A DNA stretch of 54,151 nt from Octopus bimaculoides. Lineage: Eukaryota. The position numbers and the translations under genes are program-made. The stretch spans positions 1,282,647 through 1,336,797 of the forward strand of contig NC_068998.1 of assembly GCF_001194135.2 (NCBI RefSeq). The letters are read 5' to 3'. Positions within the stretch are counted from its first letter, which is position 1; each line of letters starts with the position of its first letter. This document shows positions 11,870-23,529 of this stretch, piece by piece. A model generated the notes under the pieces. The model saw nothing but the letters and a program-made list of their open reading frames with translations. It had not been told where the DNA came from and searched no databases.

Positions 11870-12207
11870 GTACCAGAGCCTCGGGATCAAATGACAGTCC
11901 ACAGAGTAAGTCGGTTCCACAAACACACAATTAATATGCAAATATCATTGCAAGACTTCCGCCATCTTCTTTCCCTTAAAGTATTAACTCTTTCCCTTTT
12001 CCTCGCTCTTTTTCTCCCTCCCTCTCTCTCTCTTTCCTTCTCTCTTTCCATCTTTTCCCCTCCCTTTTGTTTTTATTTACCGTAGTTGTCTTTATTTCTT
12101 TATATTTACTATTTTCCCTTCTTTCTCTGTCCATGCTTTCTATCTTCCGTTTTTCTTGCTTTCTTTCTGTCTTCTGCTTACCTTTCATTTGGTCTTTCTT
12201 TTCCTCC

Positions 12208-12253
<46 letters not shown>

Positions 12254-12360
12254 GTCTGTCTGCCCGTCCGTCCGTCTGTCTGTCTGCCATAACATCATCA
12301 CAATTTCCTTCCACCGCTCCCCCCTCCCGCTCTACCTTCTTCCTCTCTATCACCTCTCCT
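11380..12360. repeat. (CT)n-rich polypyrimidine tracts with (GT)n and (TATC)n/(TGTC)n arrays
   Basis: Seen directly in the sequence. Confidence 0.9.
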
Positions 12361-12816
12361 TCCTCTTCAGCCCTATTATCAGAACTCATCGTTTTTATTG
12401 TACCTTAATGTTCCTGCAACAATAATTCATCTTGTCAAATACAACTAACGAGATCCCTCCCCCCACCCCTCACATAAACGTTATCCACCTACCCCCACCC
12501 ATACCTCCGCCTACGAATCTACCCACCTGTCCATCCACCTACCTAACCTCATCAAACCACCCACCCATCCACCCCTTATCTTACCTACCTGCCTTCTGAA
12601 GAAACCACAACTCTCATCGTATTTCAGGCACCTTTCAGTCAGTCGGTTGACGCCTCTCACTCGCAAAGCGTTCTTTGTCATATTCTCGATGCCAAAGCTC
12701 TTCCCAAAATAAAATTCCTTGTATGGCAATAGGTGTTAATTAAGATAATCGTCGAGAATGAGATAAAGGCGATTAAGCAGTAATAATTGTCTGTTAATAA
12801 TCCTGTCTATTATAAT

Positions 12817-12950
12817 CACAAGACCAGAAATTTGGTGAGTGGGGTGGATGGTCAATCACATCGATCACATATTTTATCGTTCCCTAAAGGATGAAAGGTA
12901 TAGTCGACCCCGGTGGAATTTGAACTCAGAAAGTAAAAACGGACGAAATG
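12817..12950 (-). mobile_element. SINE family A, degraded internal and 3' fragment
   Basis: aaaggatgaaaggtatagtcgaccccggtggaatttgaactcagaaagtaaaaacggacgaaatg is the reverse complement of the family A body. Confidence 0.8.
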
Positions 12951-13029
12951 TCACAGGTAACAATTCTACCTGTTCACCCCACCCCACCCTTATTGTCTTT
13001 TAATAATAATAATCAATTGTTGCGTAGGT

Positions 13030-13118
13030 ACAAAGGCTGACGTTTTGCGGAGCGGTGGGGGTGGTAATCGATTAAATCGACTCAGTGCTTATTTGAGTGG
13101 CATTTTATTTGATCGACG
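13030..13118 (-). mobile_element. SINE family A, highly degraded 3' fragment
   Basis: ggtaatcgattaaatcgactcagtgc...ttttatttgatcgac resembles the reverse-complemented 3' half. Confidence 0.55.
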
Positions 13119-13268
13119 CACTGGAGGGATGAAACACTGGAGGGAGAACGTAACCGGAGTGAAGCGAGAAAGTCCTACAAAGAGACGCTCACCAAATGTT
13201 GATTTAGGAACCGAACAAATTCAGGATTTCTTTGACAGCAAACATCAAATTTTTACCAATTGTCTTCT

Positions 13269-13500
13269 CTAGTTTACAGGTCTCTTCATCTGAGTTGACC
13301 CATTCATCTTCGGCAACACTCTCCATTCTCACCATCTTTTCTGCAAATTAGGTCAGCGTCTTCCGGTCCTTCTCACTTTCCTCTCGAAGCCGAACTTGAA
13401 GAGATTGATGAAGTCTTTGGCCAAGGAGGAGAACCTCAACACTTAGTCCTTAAAATCTTGCCCACCATTGGTCTCCGACAATATAATAGGCACTTTAAAA
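13269..13500 (-). mobile_element. L1/Tx1-clade LINE ORF2 C-terminal remnant (older, more decayed copy)
   Basis: Minus strand reads WWARF*GLSVEVLLLGQ/DFINLFKFGFERKVRR...LQKRW*EWRVLPKMNGS, aligning to WWTRLKGLKKYTFIFGQAHINFFKFCLKRKVKVE...FVERWLNVTRIVRVNGP of the 20.2-kb copy. Confidence 0.7.
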
Positions 13501-13888
13501 AAATGCAAGGACAGTTTGGCCAATGAAGACAGGTTGGTCACATCTGGAACACTTTTCATCATAATTCTGCCGGATCAGAGCTGACCTGGCGCTAAGCAAC
13601 GACAATTTGTCATCATTTATGTCTGTTAAAATCAGGTTTATACTTTTGTCTTTAGTGTTGATGACTGTGATACCAGTAATCTAATGCGGTAAAATCAGAA
13701 CTCTGAAAAACGTTTTCCCTGACAATTTCTGACATTTAATTACAATTCATTTAAACATTCATTTAACTCTCTCTCTCTCTCCCTCTCTCTCTCTCTCCCT
13801 CTCTCTCTCTCTCCCTCTCTTTCTCTCTCTCCCTCTCTTTCTCTCTATCTCTCTCTGCTCTGCTCTTCCTCCCACTAACCCTCACACT

Positions 13889-14021
13889 CTCTCTCACTCT
13901 CTTTCAGTCCTCTTCCTCTCCATACGTTTACCATCTCTCCCCCTTCCTCTTTCTTTCTCTCCCTTTTCCCTTACTTTCTCACTTTTACAGCTTTTCATCA
14001 TTTTTCAACCTCACACTATCA

Positions 14022-14052
<31 letters not shown>

Positions 14053-14223
14053 CTTCTCTCATACTTTTTGCTATCATTCTCTCTATTTCACTCTCTCACT
14101 CTCTTTCAGTCCTCTTCCTCTCGATACGTTTACCATCTCTCCCCCTTCCTCTTTCTTTCTCTCCCTTTTCCCTTACTTTCTCACTTTTACAGCTTTTCAT
14201 CATTTTTCAACCTCACACTATCA

Positions 14224-14264
<41 letters not shown>

Positions 14265-14308
14265 TCTCTCATACTTTTTGCTATCATTCTCTCTATTTCA
14301 CTCTCTCA
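13889..14308. repeat. Tandem duplication of a ~202-210-bp pyrimidine-rich unit
   Basis: ctttcagtcc at 13901 and 14103; the copies differ by one substitution (ccatacg/cgatacg) and four CT units. Confidence 0.92.
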
Positions 14309-14938
14309 CACTCTCTCTGTCTCTTCCTCTCTCTAACTCTATATACCCCCTCTCTCTCTCTCTCTCTCTTCTTTCCGTCTTTATTTTCTTGATGCTTATC
14401 GTGTTTTACTGTTTTATCTTTGTTGTTGCTGTTGTTGTTATTGTGGTTATCGCTGTTAGTGTTATTGTCGTTCTTCTTCTTATTATTGTTGTTGTTGTTG
14501 TTGCTGTTACCATTATTATTATTATTGTTGTTGTTGTTGTATCTGTTATCTTGTATTGTTTTGTTCTCCTGCGGTTCTCTGTCGAGTATTAAACGCCGCT
14601 TCTAACTCTCACGAATCATGTCGTATCAGTATAACCCTACCCCCACCTCACCGCCACCACCACCACCACGTTATGCCACGCCGCCACCTTCACTACCGCC
14701 ACCACTACTACCACTCCCACCTCTCCCTACCTCTCTACTTTCACTTTTGTCGAACGTTAGATAAGAATGAGGATAAAATGTTCCGGTGTCCTTTGATGTT
14801 TGGTTTGGTCGGTGGAGAGATGTGAGTGGAAATCACTTGTAATTTGAACCAGCAGCCATGATTGATGTTGCTATCAGGAAGAAATAAATACGCGAGAAGA
14901 TAAATATATACATATGCATGTGTATGCATACACACACA

Positions 14939-14992
<54 letters not shown>

Positions 14993-15373
14993 TGAGTTTT
15001 TTTGTTAAAAAAAGCAAGAAGGATTGGTCGGAAAGAAAGAAAGAAAGGAAAAAAATAGGTACATTAGGCAATTTAGCGATATCAAGCGGGAACAATGATA
15101 ATGGAAGACGGCAATAACAACCACACCAATAATAAATGACAACAGGAAAACACAATTTCAGACAAAAGAAAAAAATATAAGAAGAAAGGAAGAAAGAAAA
15201 AAGTAAATAAAGATAATATGAATAATAAGAACCACAACAACAACAATAATAACGATGTATTTGTGTAAGGACAACATCAAGGACTTCATGCAACAGTTGA
15301 AAGTCAATTGAGAAGAAAGGAAAGACTGGTTCCTTGTGATTCTGGAGATGAAAAACTAACAGACGTATTACCA

Positions 15374-15588
15374 TTTTACTTGTTTCAGTCGTCAGACGGC
15401 GGCCATGCTGGGGCATCGCCTTCAAGAATTTTAGTCGAATGAATCGACCCCAGTACCTCTTTGTTTTTTTAAGCTTGATACTTATTCTGTCGGCCACTCT
15501 GTCCGAACCGCTAAGTTATGAGGAGGCAAACATATTAACATCGGTTGTCAAGCGATGGCGGGACACGCACACGCACACACTCACGCAT

Positions 15589-15633
<45 letters not shown>

Positions 15634-16058
15634 AGAAATAATTAAGATTCAGTTCAATTAGGTACTTAAATTGAGGTACCAAACCAGTTCGGTATAGTCC
15701 AAGCAGCTCGACGGTAGGTGAGCAAAAAGCAAACAAGTAACAAGGATGTCCAAGTATCAGTGCATACCTGGACATCCTTNNNNNNNNNNNNNNNNNNNNN
15801 NNNNNNNNNNNNNNNNNNNNNNNNNNNNNNNNNNNNNNNNNNNNNNNNNNNNNNNNNNNNNNNNNNNNNNNNNNNNNNNNNNNNNNNNNNNNATATATAT
15901 ACGACAGGCTTCTTTCAGTTTCCATTCACCAAATTAACTCAAAACGTTTTAGTCGGTCCGAGGTTACAGTAGAATGCACTCGCCCAAGGTGCCGGACAAT
16001 GGACCTGATCCCGGAACCATGTGATTGAGAAACAAACTTCTTACTACACACCTACGGC
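15374..16058 (-). mobile_element. Bipartite SINE family B (5' half 15898-16058, 3' half 15374-15570) split by (CA)n, an insertion and a gap
   Basis: The 5' half is the reverse complement of the 53285-53448 copy (tRNA-like head, ACCTTGGGCAAGTG CORE-like motif, ...GAAAGAAGCCCGTCGTATA); the 3' half matches the 31851 and 32030 copies. Confidence 0.8.
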
Positions 16059-16268
16059 AACTTGTTAAGAAAGATTAGATTGGCAGCATTTTTGGCTTCA
16101 ATTTCAGGCATCGTCATTGATTGTTTCAGTCTCTTGAAGGGAATTCTCCGAGCGACCAGGAACACTCGGTCGCCGTACTGCTGTTGACGAAACACTACTT
16201 TCCTTTCACCCCATCAATACATATGACTGAATCCAACGAGAGAACCTTGACGTAGTCGTTCAATCTGC
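16052..16268 (-). CDS. Candidate exon or pseudo-exon of an unknown protein, with one in-frame TGA
   Basis: Strong acceptor tgcttctatttcag|G at 16268; frame reads QIERLRQGSLVGFSHMY*WGERKVVFRQQQYGDRVFLVARRIPFKRLKQSMTMPEIEAKNAANLIFLNKLP*; TGA at 16214-16216; no homology recognised. Confidence 0.25.
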
Positions 16269-17337
16269 CTGAAATAGAAGCAAGGTATCCCTCCGAAATA
16301 ATGTAAATACATACATACATGCATACATGCATACATACATACATACGTACATACACACACACACATACAAAGATACATACATACATAGAGCTAGATAATT
16401 TGCTTAAAACGTACGTCAACAATAACAATAACAGAAGCGAAAACAACAACAACAAAGAGGCACCAAAACGCCGTACGAAATCTACAGAGAGAAGGAAGGT
16501 AAACCTAGAGTTTATTGTGACAACTTAACCAAAATGTTTGTTATAAGAGAGGGGAGGGTGGTGGGGAGAGAAGGGAGGGAGTGAGGAGAGAAAGAGGGAG
16601 AGAGAGAGAGAGAGACTGAGAGAAAGTGGGAGAGAGAATGATTTAGATCAAATGTTCTGAACATGTGGAAATAGATTAGATAAGTGAATGGTCTGTATGA
16701 TTAGTCATATGGCTGTGGGGGGGGGGATATAGCAGTGTGTTGGATGAAAGATTAGAGGGATGAGCACCTGTGTGAGAGAGAGGGAGAGGGAAAGAGAGAG
16801 AGAGAGGCAGATCTACCATCACGTCGTTACTAGCTAAAAACCAAACCCATTTAATCATTAAATTCTCGACCAACTGACACTAATAACAAGCGAAAAACCT
16901 TGATCTGGAAGCAATTAGATATATGACCCTTATAATCCCTTAACCATAAAATTAAGTAAAAAGACAATACAAACCGTTAAGTCTAGATCCGGACCCATTG
17001 CAGAAATTGGAAAAACTCTTGTCACCACTCGAACCACAATCGGGGATAACATCGAAAAGTTGAAGAACTACATTAAAGAACGAATCAAAAATAGATCGTA
17101 TAAAAAAGATGGGGCATGCAAACAAGAACCACACACAACAATGACAACAAAAATTGTCTCAATAAAGATTGGCCCTTCATCTCCGAAACCGTCATTGTTT
17201 CGTCACCAACCATTAACATTCAATCCAACGATATATACATCTATATAGCAATATTTATCTATCTATCTGTCTATCTATCTATCTATTTCTTTTTTTATCT
17301 TTCTCTCTCTCTCTCTCTTTCTATCTTTCTGTCTTTG

Positions 17338-17404
<67 letters not shown>

Positions 17405-17741
17405 TAGACAAAATGAGATAACAAAACCAAGGCAGTGAGGACTTTTCGGGACATTTAAATGACTCCCTAGCTTGGCTGAGAGAGCAATTTCAAGGGAAAC
17501 TGATCAGCAGGAAGTGTGACATTGAGTGGGCACCGCATTCAGCGGACTTCACCAAGAACGTCTTTAAGTTTTACTGTTCTTAAGTAATTATGAAGGATTA
17601 TTTGAAGCTTAAAATAAATCTAGTGGTTTCAGGTTCGAATAGAGATAGGAGCTGTGAGAAATAAGAGTAAAACTACCAGTGGAAGGATTTCTTATATCGA
17701 TGGCGTCCATAAAAGATCGTTAATAAAACCTGTTCAAACCA

Positions 17742-17920
17742 CACCGTACCACCACACCGTACCACCACACCGTACCACCACACCTGCCACCATCTCAAAG
17801 GCAATCATCATCACCAACAGTAACAGCAGCAACATGATCGTCGTTACGAAGGAGCTGGCCAGGAGTTAGCGGTGTTTCTTGTTGTGGCTGTAGTATTGGC
17901 TGTAGTATTGGCTGTAGTAT
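17742..17920. repeat. Two short tandem repeats: 13-bp (ACCACACCGTACC) x~3.5 and 12-bp (GTAGTATTGGCT) x3
   Basis: Seen directly at 17742-17790 and ~17885-17920. Confidence 0.85.
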
Positions 17921-18829
17921 TGGGTGGTAGTTATTAAATGAACCATGTTAACGATGTCTACGACTGGTTTTGGTCTCTGCAGTCGTTTTAAGGGCAGCAA
18001 CAGCAGCACCAGCAGCAGCACCAGCAGGAGGAGGAGGAGGAGGAGGAGGAGGTGGTGGAGNNNNNNNNNNNNNNNNNNNNNNNNNNNNNNNNNNNNNNNN
18101 NNNNNNNNNNNNNNNNNNNNNNNNNNNNNNNNNNNNNNNNNNNNNNNNNNNNNNNNNNNNNNNNNNNNNNNNNNNNNNNNNNNNNNNNNNNNNNNNNNNN
18201 NNNNNNNNNNNNNNNNNNNNNNNNNNNNNNNNNNNNNNNNNNNNNNNNNNNNNNNNNNNNNNNNNNNNNNNNNNNNNNNNNNNNNNNNNNNNNNNNNNNN
18301 NNNNNNNNNNNNNNNNNNNNNNNNNNNNNNNNNNNNNNNNNNNNNNNNNNNNNNNNNNNNNNNNNNNNNNNNNNNNNNNNNNNNNNNNNNNNNNNNNNNN
18401 NNNNNNNNNNNNNNNNNNNNNNNNNNNNNNNNNNNNNNNNNNNNNNNNNNNNNNNNNNNNNNNNNNNNNNNNNNNNNNNNNNNNNNNNNNNNNNNNNNNN
18501 NNNNNNNNNNNNNNNNNNNNNNNNNNNNNNNNNNNNNNNNNNNNNNNNNNNNNNNNNNNNNNNNNNNNNNNNNNNNNNNNNNNNNNNNNNNNNNNNNNNN
18601 NNNNNNNNNNNNNNNNNNNNNNNNNNNNNNNNNNNNNNNNNNNNNNNNNNNNNNNNNNNNNNNNNNNNNNNNNNNNNNNNNNNNNNNNNNNNNNNNNNNN
18701 NNNNNNNNNNNNNNNNNNNNNNNNNNNNNNNNNNNNNNNNNNNNNNNCATGTATGTATATCTCTGTGTTTATGTTTATACATACATATACCTTTATACAT
18801 GCATGTGTATATATGCGTATGTATGTGTG

Positions 18830-18865
<36 letters not shown>

Positions 18866-20042
18866 CACACATACATATGCATAGACACACAAACATACGC
18901 ATAAATTTACACACATATACATGCATAAACACTCGTACACTCTCACACATACACACACACATTCATATACATAAACACTTTACACACACATACATACGCA
19001 TAGACACAAACACTTATATTAAAATAACAATAGCACCAAGATAAAGTAAAAAAGAAAAACAATGCCTTATCAGTATAAAATTACATAGATCGGAATCATC
19101 ATCAGCATCATCATCATCACCATTACAATCACTATCATGATCCTCGTCAACATCAACATCTTCATCAACAACCGAAACAACACAAATACATATAAGAAAC
19201 AAAATTGAAAAAAAAAAAAACATGTAAAATATAAATAAATAAGTAAGTAGCTCGCATGTCATTCGATCCCTCGTACTTGTGATATCTAAGCTGCACGGTC
19301 GACGCTCCTACTTTTGATGTGGCACGAATATGAGAAAACTCGGTGCTGTTATTGCGTTTGTCTTAAGGAAGAAATCCGTTTTAGCTTATCTAAGTCTTAG
19401 ATGATATTGGTGGTGTTTAGATGAGGGTGGGCGGGTATTGGCACCTTAAATAGGTCCCTAAATTTATGAGAATACGGGTGTATGGGGTGGACAAGGGATG
19501 TGGTAGGGGGGAGATATTTTTCTTGTGTTTCTCTTTAAATAATCGGTCGCCGACAGTTATCTAAGTGAAATCTCTATTTACATTCTACCCTGCCCTCACT
19601 GAACAAGCTATTTCTTCCCCAAGATTGACTGAATTTAAACACGCACCACTAACTAACTTATATATATGGGATTTGTACGTGTGTATAATACATGTTTGTG
19701 TTGCTGATTGTGTAGGTGTAGGTGTGTGCGTGTGTGTGTGCGCGTGCGTGCGTACTTGATTGCATGAACGTGTCTGTATACTTGTGTATTATACTTATCT
19801 CTGTGTTTGAGTCTGCGTAATTTTGTGTGTGTATACGTGTGTGCCTATACATGTATAATTTCTCTATGTATTTGTATGTATGTATGTATGTATGTATGTA
19901 CGTACGTACACAAGCAGACATATACACATATATTCTTTAAAGTTGTCCGAAAAAGATACTATTACTACTACTTGTAATAACAATAATGTTTTCCTTATTA
20001 ACCATAAAGAGTTCACGAAAAACCATACTGAATACGGTACAA

Positions 20043-20084
20043 GACGTGAAGTTACACACGTGAGGTTACAACGTGAGGTTACAC
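20043..20084 (+). repeat. 13-14-bp tandem repeat (ACGTGAGGTTACA[C]) x3
   Basis: acgtgaagttacac acgtgaggttaca acgtgaggttacac. Confidence 0.85.
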
Positions 20085-20233
20085 AAAATGGGGCGTGTAA
20101 TGAGTGAAAACGACGAAATAATTTAACAATAAAAAGTTTCCCCAAAAAGGAGAAACTTCCTAGAGCTGCTCGTGGAAACTCCTCAAAACCTCAGAGGCCC
20201 TGACCATTAGGGCAAGTGCTCTCTCCTTATCGT

Positions 20234-20652
20234 TTATAGGCGCATACTTAGAGCAGGCCCGTTCACTCGGACAATTCTTGTCACATTCAACCACCTTTCA
20301 ACGAAATTAATAAGAGGTAGCACGTCTTTCTCTACCTTCACTTTCCTTTTCAAGCAAAACTTGAAAAAGTTGATGTGGGCTTGGCCAAAGATGAAAGTAT
20401 ATTTCTTCAGCCCTTTTAATCTGGTCCACCACAGAGCATCTTTTGTAAAGACCACCAAACAAAGAAACACTTCCTGCCCTTCTTGGCAAAAGTAAGGTGG
20501 CAGGACGATCTTCCCAATGGATAGCCGGGTCCGTCCTACACGTAACAGCAGGTGTTTTAACATAAACCCACAGGTCAACAATACTTGGGCAGTGGACAAG
20601 AGCATGCAGGAGAGTTTCGTTGCCCTGCACGCATCTTGGGCAAACCCGGTTG
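20234..20652 (-). mobile_element. L1/Tx1-clade LINE, 5'-truncated ORF2 C-terminus with CCHC zinc knuckle
   Basis: RVCPRCVQGNETLLHALVHCPSIVDLWVYVK/HLLLRVGR...VFLCLVVFTKDALWWTRLKG...FVERWLNV...*; C-x2-C-x8-H-x4-C motif; one frameshift joins the two supplied ORFs. Confidence 0.85.
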
Positions 20653-21022
20653 AAGTTATAAAAAAAAATTAATAAAACTTCAGATAAAATTGAGGGTAGA
20701 GGATGTTACGGAATAATAATGGGGAGGGAAAATCCACCTACATGACTATTAATGAAGCAGAATAGAGTAAGAACGGAACTTGTGGAGATGAGAGAACAAT
20801 TAACCACTGTGTTTTTGGTTACTCAGTCCCAACCAAGAAAGATAAATATGGTGGGACTAAACGTTGCCACTCACCATGTGTATGACACCTCTAGTTTAAA
20901 GACGACGGAGCCATCTTAGTGGGTACAATACTCATCGTTCCATGCAACTCTCTGGAGTTGGGCATTGTGTCACCAGGGAGTAGAACAATACCCGATTACC
21001 TTAATTTCATCGAAACGGATCT

Positions 21023-21046
21023 CTTCTTCTTCTTCTTCTTCTTCTT

Positions 21047-21076
<30 letters not shown>
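21023..21076. repeat. Perfect (CTT)n microsatellite
   Basis: Seen directly in the sequence. Confidence 0.97.
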
Positions 21077-21077
<1 letters not shown>

Positions 21078-21365
21078 ACATAGTCTCTAGAATTATCTAA
21101 AGAAAAGCACAAAAATGGATTGGATAATAAAAGAAAATAGGGATCGTAAACAAGGGCAAAAGAAATTTGTCTGGGTTTGATTAAATTACTCTGAAGATTT
21201 TTAAGGGAATGGAGCATGAGAAGGGGTCATTTATAAAAACATTTCATGGATGTGTGTGGGTGGGGGAGTTGAGATAGAAAGGGGCTGAGAACCCTACTAT
21301 AAGGTAACAACAAATGACGTGTTGCACCTACAACCGGGTCACTAAAACAATTCCACACACACACA

Positions 21366-21412
<47 letters not shown>

Positions 21413-22341
21413 NNNNNNNNNNNNNNNNNNNNNNNNNNNNNNNNNNNNNNNNNNNNNNNNNNNNNNNNNNNNNNNNNNNNNNNNNNNNNNNNNNNNNNNN
21501 NNNNNNNNNNNNNNNNNNNNNNNNNNNNNNNNNNNNNNNNNNNNNNNNNNNNNNNNNNNNNNNNNNNNNNNNNNNNNNNNNNNNNNNNNNNNNNNNNNNN
21601 NNNNNNNNNNNNNNNNNNNNNNNNNNNNNNNNNNNNNNNNNNNNNNNNNNNNNNNNNNNNNNNNNNNNNNNNNNNNNNNNNNNNNNNNNNNNNNNNNNNN
21701 NNNNNNNNNNNNNNNNNNNNNNNNNNNNNNNNNNNNNNNNNNNNNNNNNNNNNNNNNNNNNNNNNNNNNNNNNNNNNNNNNNNNNNNNNNNNNNNNNNNN
21801 NNNNNNNNNNNNNNNNNNNNNNNNNNNNNNNNNNNNNNNNNNNNNNNNNNNNNNNNNNNNNNNNNNNNNNNNNNNNNNNNNNNNNNNNNNNNNNNNNNNN
21901 NNNNNNNNNNNNNNNNNNNNNNNNNNNNNNNNNNNNNNNNNNNNNNNNNNNNNNNNNNNNNNNNNNNNNNNNNNNNNNNNNNNNNNNNNNNNNNNNNNNN
22001 NNNNNNNNNNNNNNNNNNNNNNNNNNNNNNNNNNNNNNNNNNNNNNNNNNNNNNNNNNNNNNNNNNNNNNNNNNNNNNNNNNNNNNNNNNNNNNNNNNNN
22101 NNNNNNNNNNNNNNNNNNNNNNNNNNNNNNNNNNNNNNNNNNNNNNNNNNNNNNNNNNNNNNNNNNNNNNNNNNNNNNNNNNNNTTTTTAAATTGAGAAT
22201 AAAAATAAAACAAAACATTGAAATTGGAAAAAAAGTTCCGATAAAGAACCAGTAATGGAAGAATACTAAGAATGAAATATTTAAAATACTTGTTATGGAT
22301 GCAAAATCACGTTTAAATTTCAATGACTTTGATGAAGAAAC

Positions 22342-22344
<3 letters not shown>

Positions 22345-22431
<87 letters not shown>

Positions 22432-22450
22432 CAGCAGCAGCAGTAACAGC
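22345..22450. repeat. Stepwise trinucleotide array (ATT)n to (AGT)n to (AGC)n
   Basis: Seen directly in the sequence. Confidence 0.95.
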
Positions 22451-22454
22451 AGCA

Positions 22455-22533
22455 GAGCGGCAAGCTGGCAGAATCGTTACCACGCCAGGCAAAATGCTTA
22501 GCGGCATTTCGTTCTGAGTTCAAATTCCACCGG
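22455..22533 (+). mobile_element. SINE family A, 5' half (tRNA-like head)
   Basis: gcggcaagctggcagaatcgttaccacgccaggcaaaatgcttagcggcatttcgttctgagttcaaattcc (A box and GAGTTCAAATTCC B box), truncated at the junction with the R4 element. Confidence 0.88.
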
Positions 22534-23520
22534 GTGCAGCTCTGTGCCTTGGGTAAGTGCTGTGGTTTGTTGTGAGGCTCTTATTTTCACAGTATTGAAA
22601 GTGTTTTACGTAGGATGTGTGCGGTGCCTAGTAGTCCTATTTTCTGTATGTTATATATATATTTATTAGTCCTGGTGTTTTTGTTATGTATTTGTCTGAA
22701 TATTTTTTTATCATACCTAATGCGTCTATGACAGGAATTGTTTCGGTTTTTAGGCTCCACATTCGAGTTACATCTATTTCCAGGTCTTTGTATTTTGAAA
22801 GTTTCTTCGTTCTTTTAGAGAAACGTTGTCATCTGCTGGTATTGATACATCGATTAGAAAGCACTTTTTCTTGGTGATTTCTGACAACTATATCCGGCCT
22901 ATTATCCTCGATTCCTCCTTCTGTGTGTATTGGCATATCCCAGAGTACGATTACTTTCTCATTTTTGTGACCTTTTCTGGGGTGTTTATACCATCCTTTT
23001 TCTGATAAGATTCCATAGTGTTGGCATAACTTCTAGTGTATATAAGTTCCAACTCTGTCGTGTCTGTGAATATATTCCTTCTTAGCCAGGACTGGGCAGC
23101 CAGGGACAATATTATTTATTGTTTCTTCTCCATCTCATATTCTGCAGTTACTTGCATTTGATTTCATTATGTGTCTTTGGCAATTTTTAGTGGGAAGGCT
23201 TTGATCTTGTGCTGCAATTAAAAAACCTTCAGTCTCTCCTTTGAGTCCTGAGTTTCTCAGTCATTGTTGGGATTTTGCTTTGTCTATTTCTTTTCTGGTA
23301 CAGCATCAGTTTAACGCAATATTTGCCATGAAGAGACTTTTCTTGCCATCGTTTTATCTTGATACGTTGCTTTCTTCATAGTTGCTACATTCTATGATTT
23401 CTTTTTTGTATTTGACAAGTTCCTTAACGACAGAAAACAATTTTTTTTTTGTTCGTGTTTTGTGGCTATTTTTGTATCAGTTTTCCTTGCTTCTGAAGTA
23501 GATATTTCTGTAATTTTGTC
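22534..23520 (-). mobile_element. R4/Dong-type non-LTR retrotransposon (restriction-like endonuclease clade), 5'-truncated and degenerate
   Basis: KRWQEKSLHGKY...LRNSGLKGETEGFLIAAQDQSLPT...CRI*DGEETINNIVPGCPVLAKKEYIHRHDRV...LWDMPIHT...NRPDIVV.../KCFLIDVSIP...KYKDLEIDVTRMW...LLGTAHILRKTLSIL* (stop at 22587-22589); CCHC remnant plus PD-(D/E)xK RLE motifs; several stops and frameshifts. Confidence 0.93.
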
Positions 23521-23529
23521 ATTATTATT

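Noticed and set aside
16981-17248. ~89-codon open frame (SRSGPIAEIGKTLVTTR...)
   Set aside because: A-skewed composition, no start or splice context and no recognisable domain; possibly TE debris.
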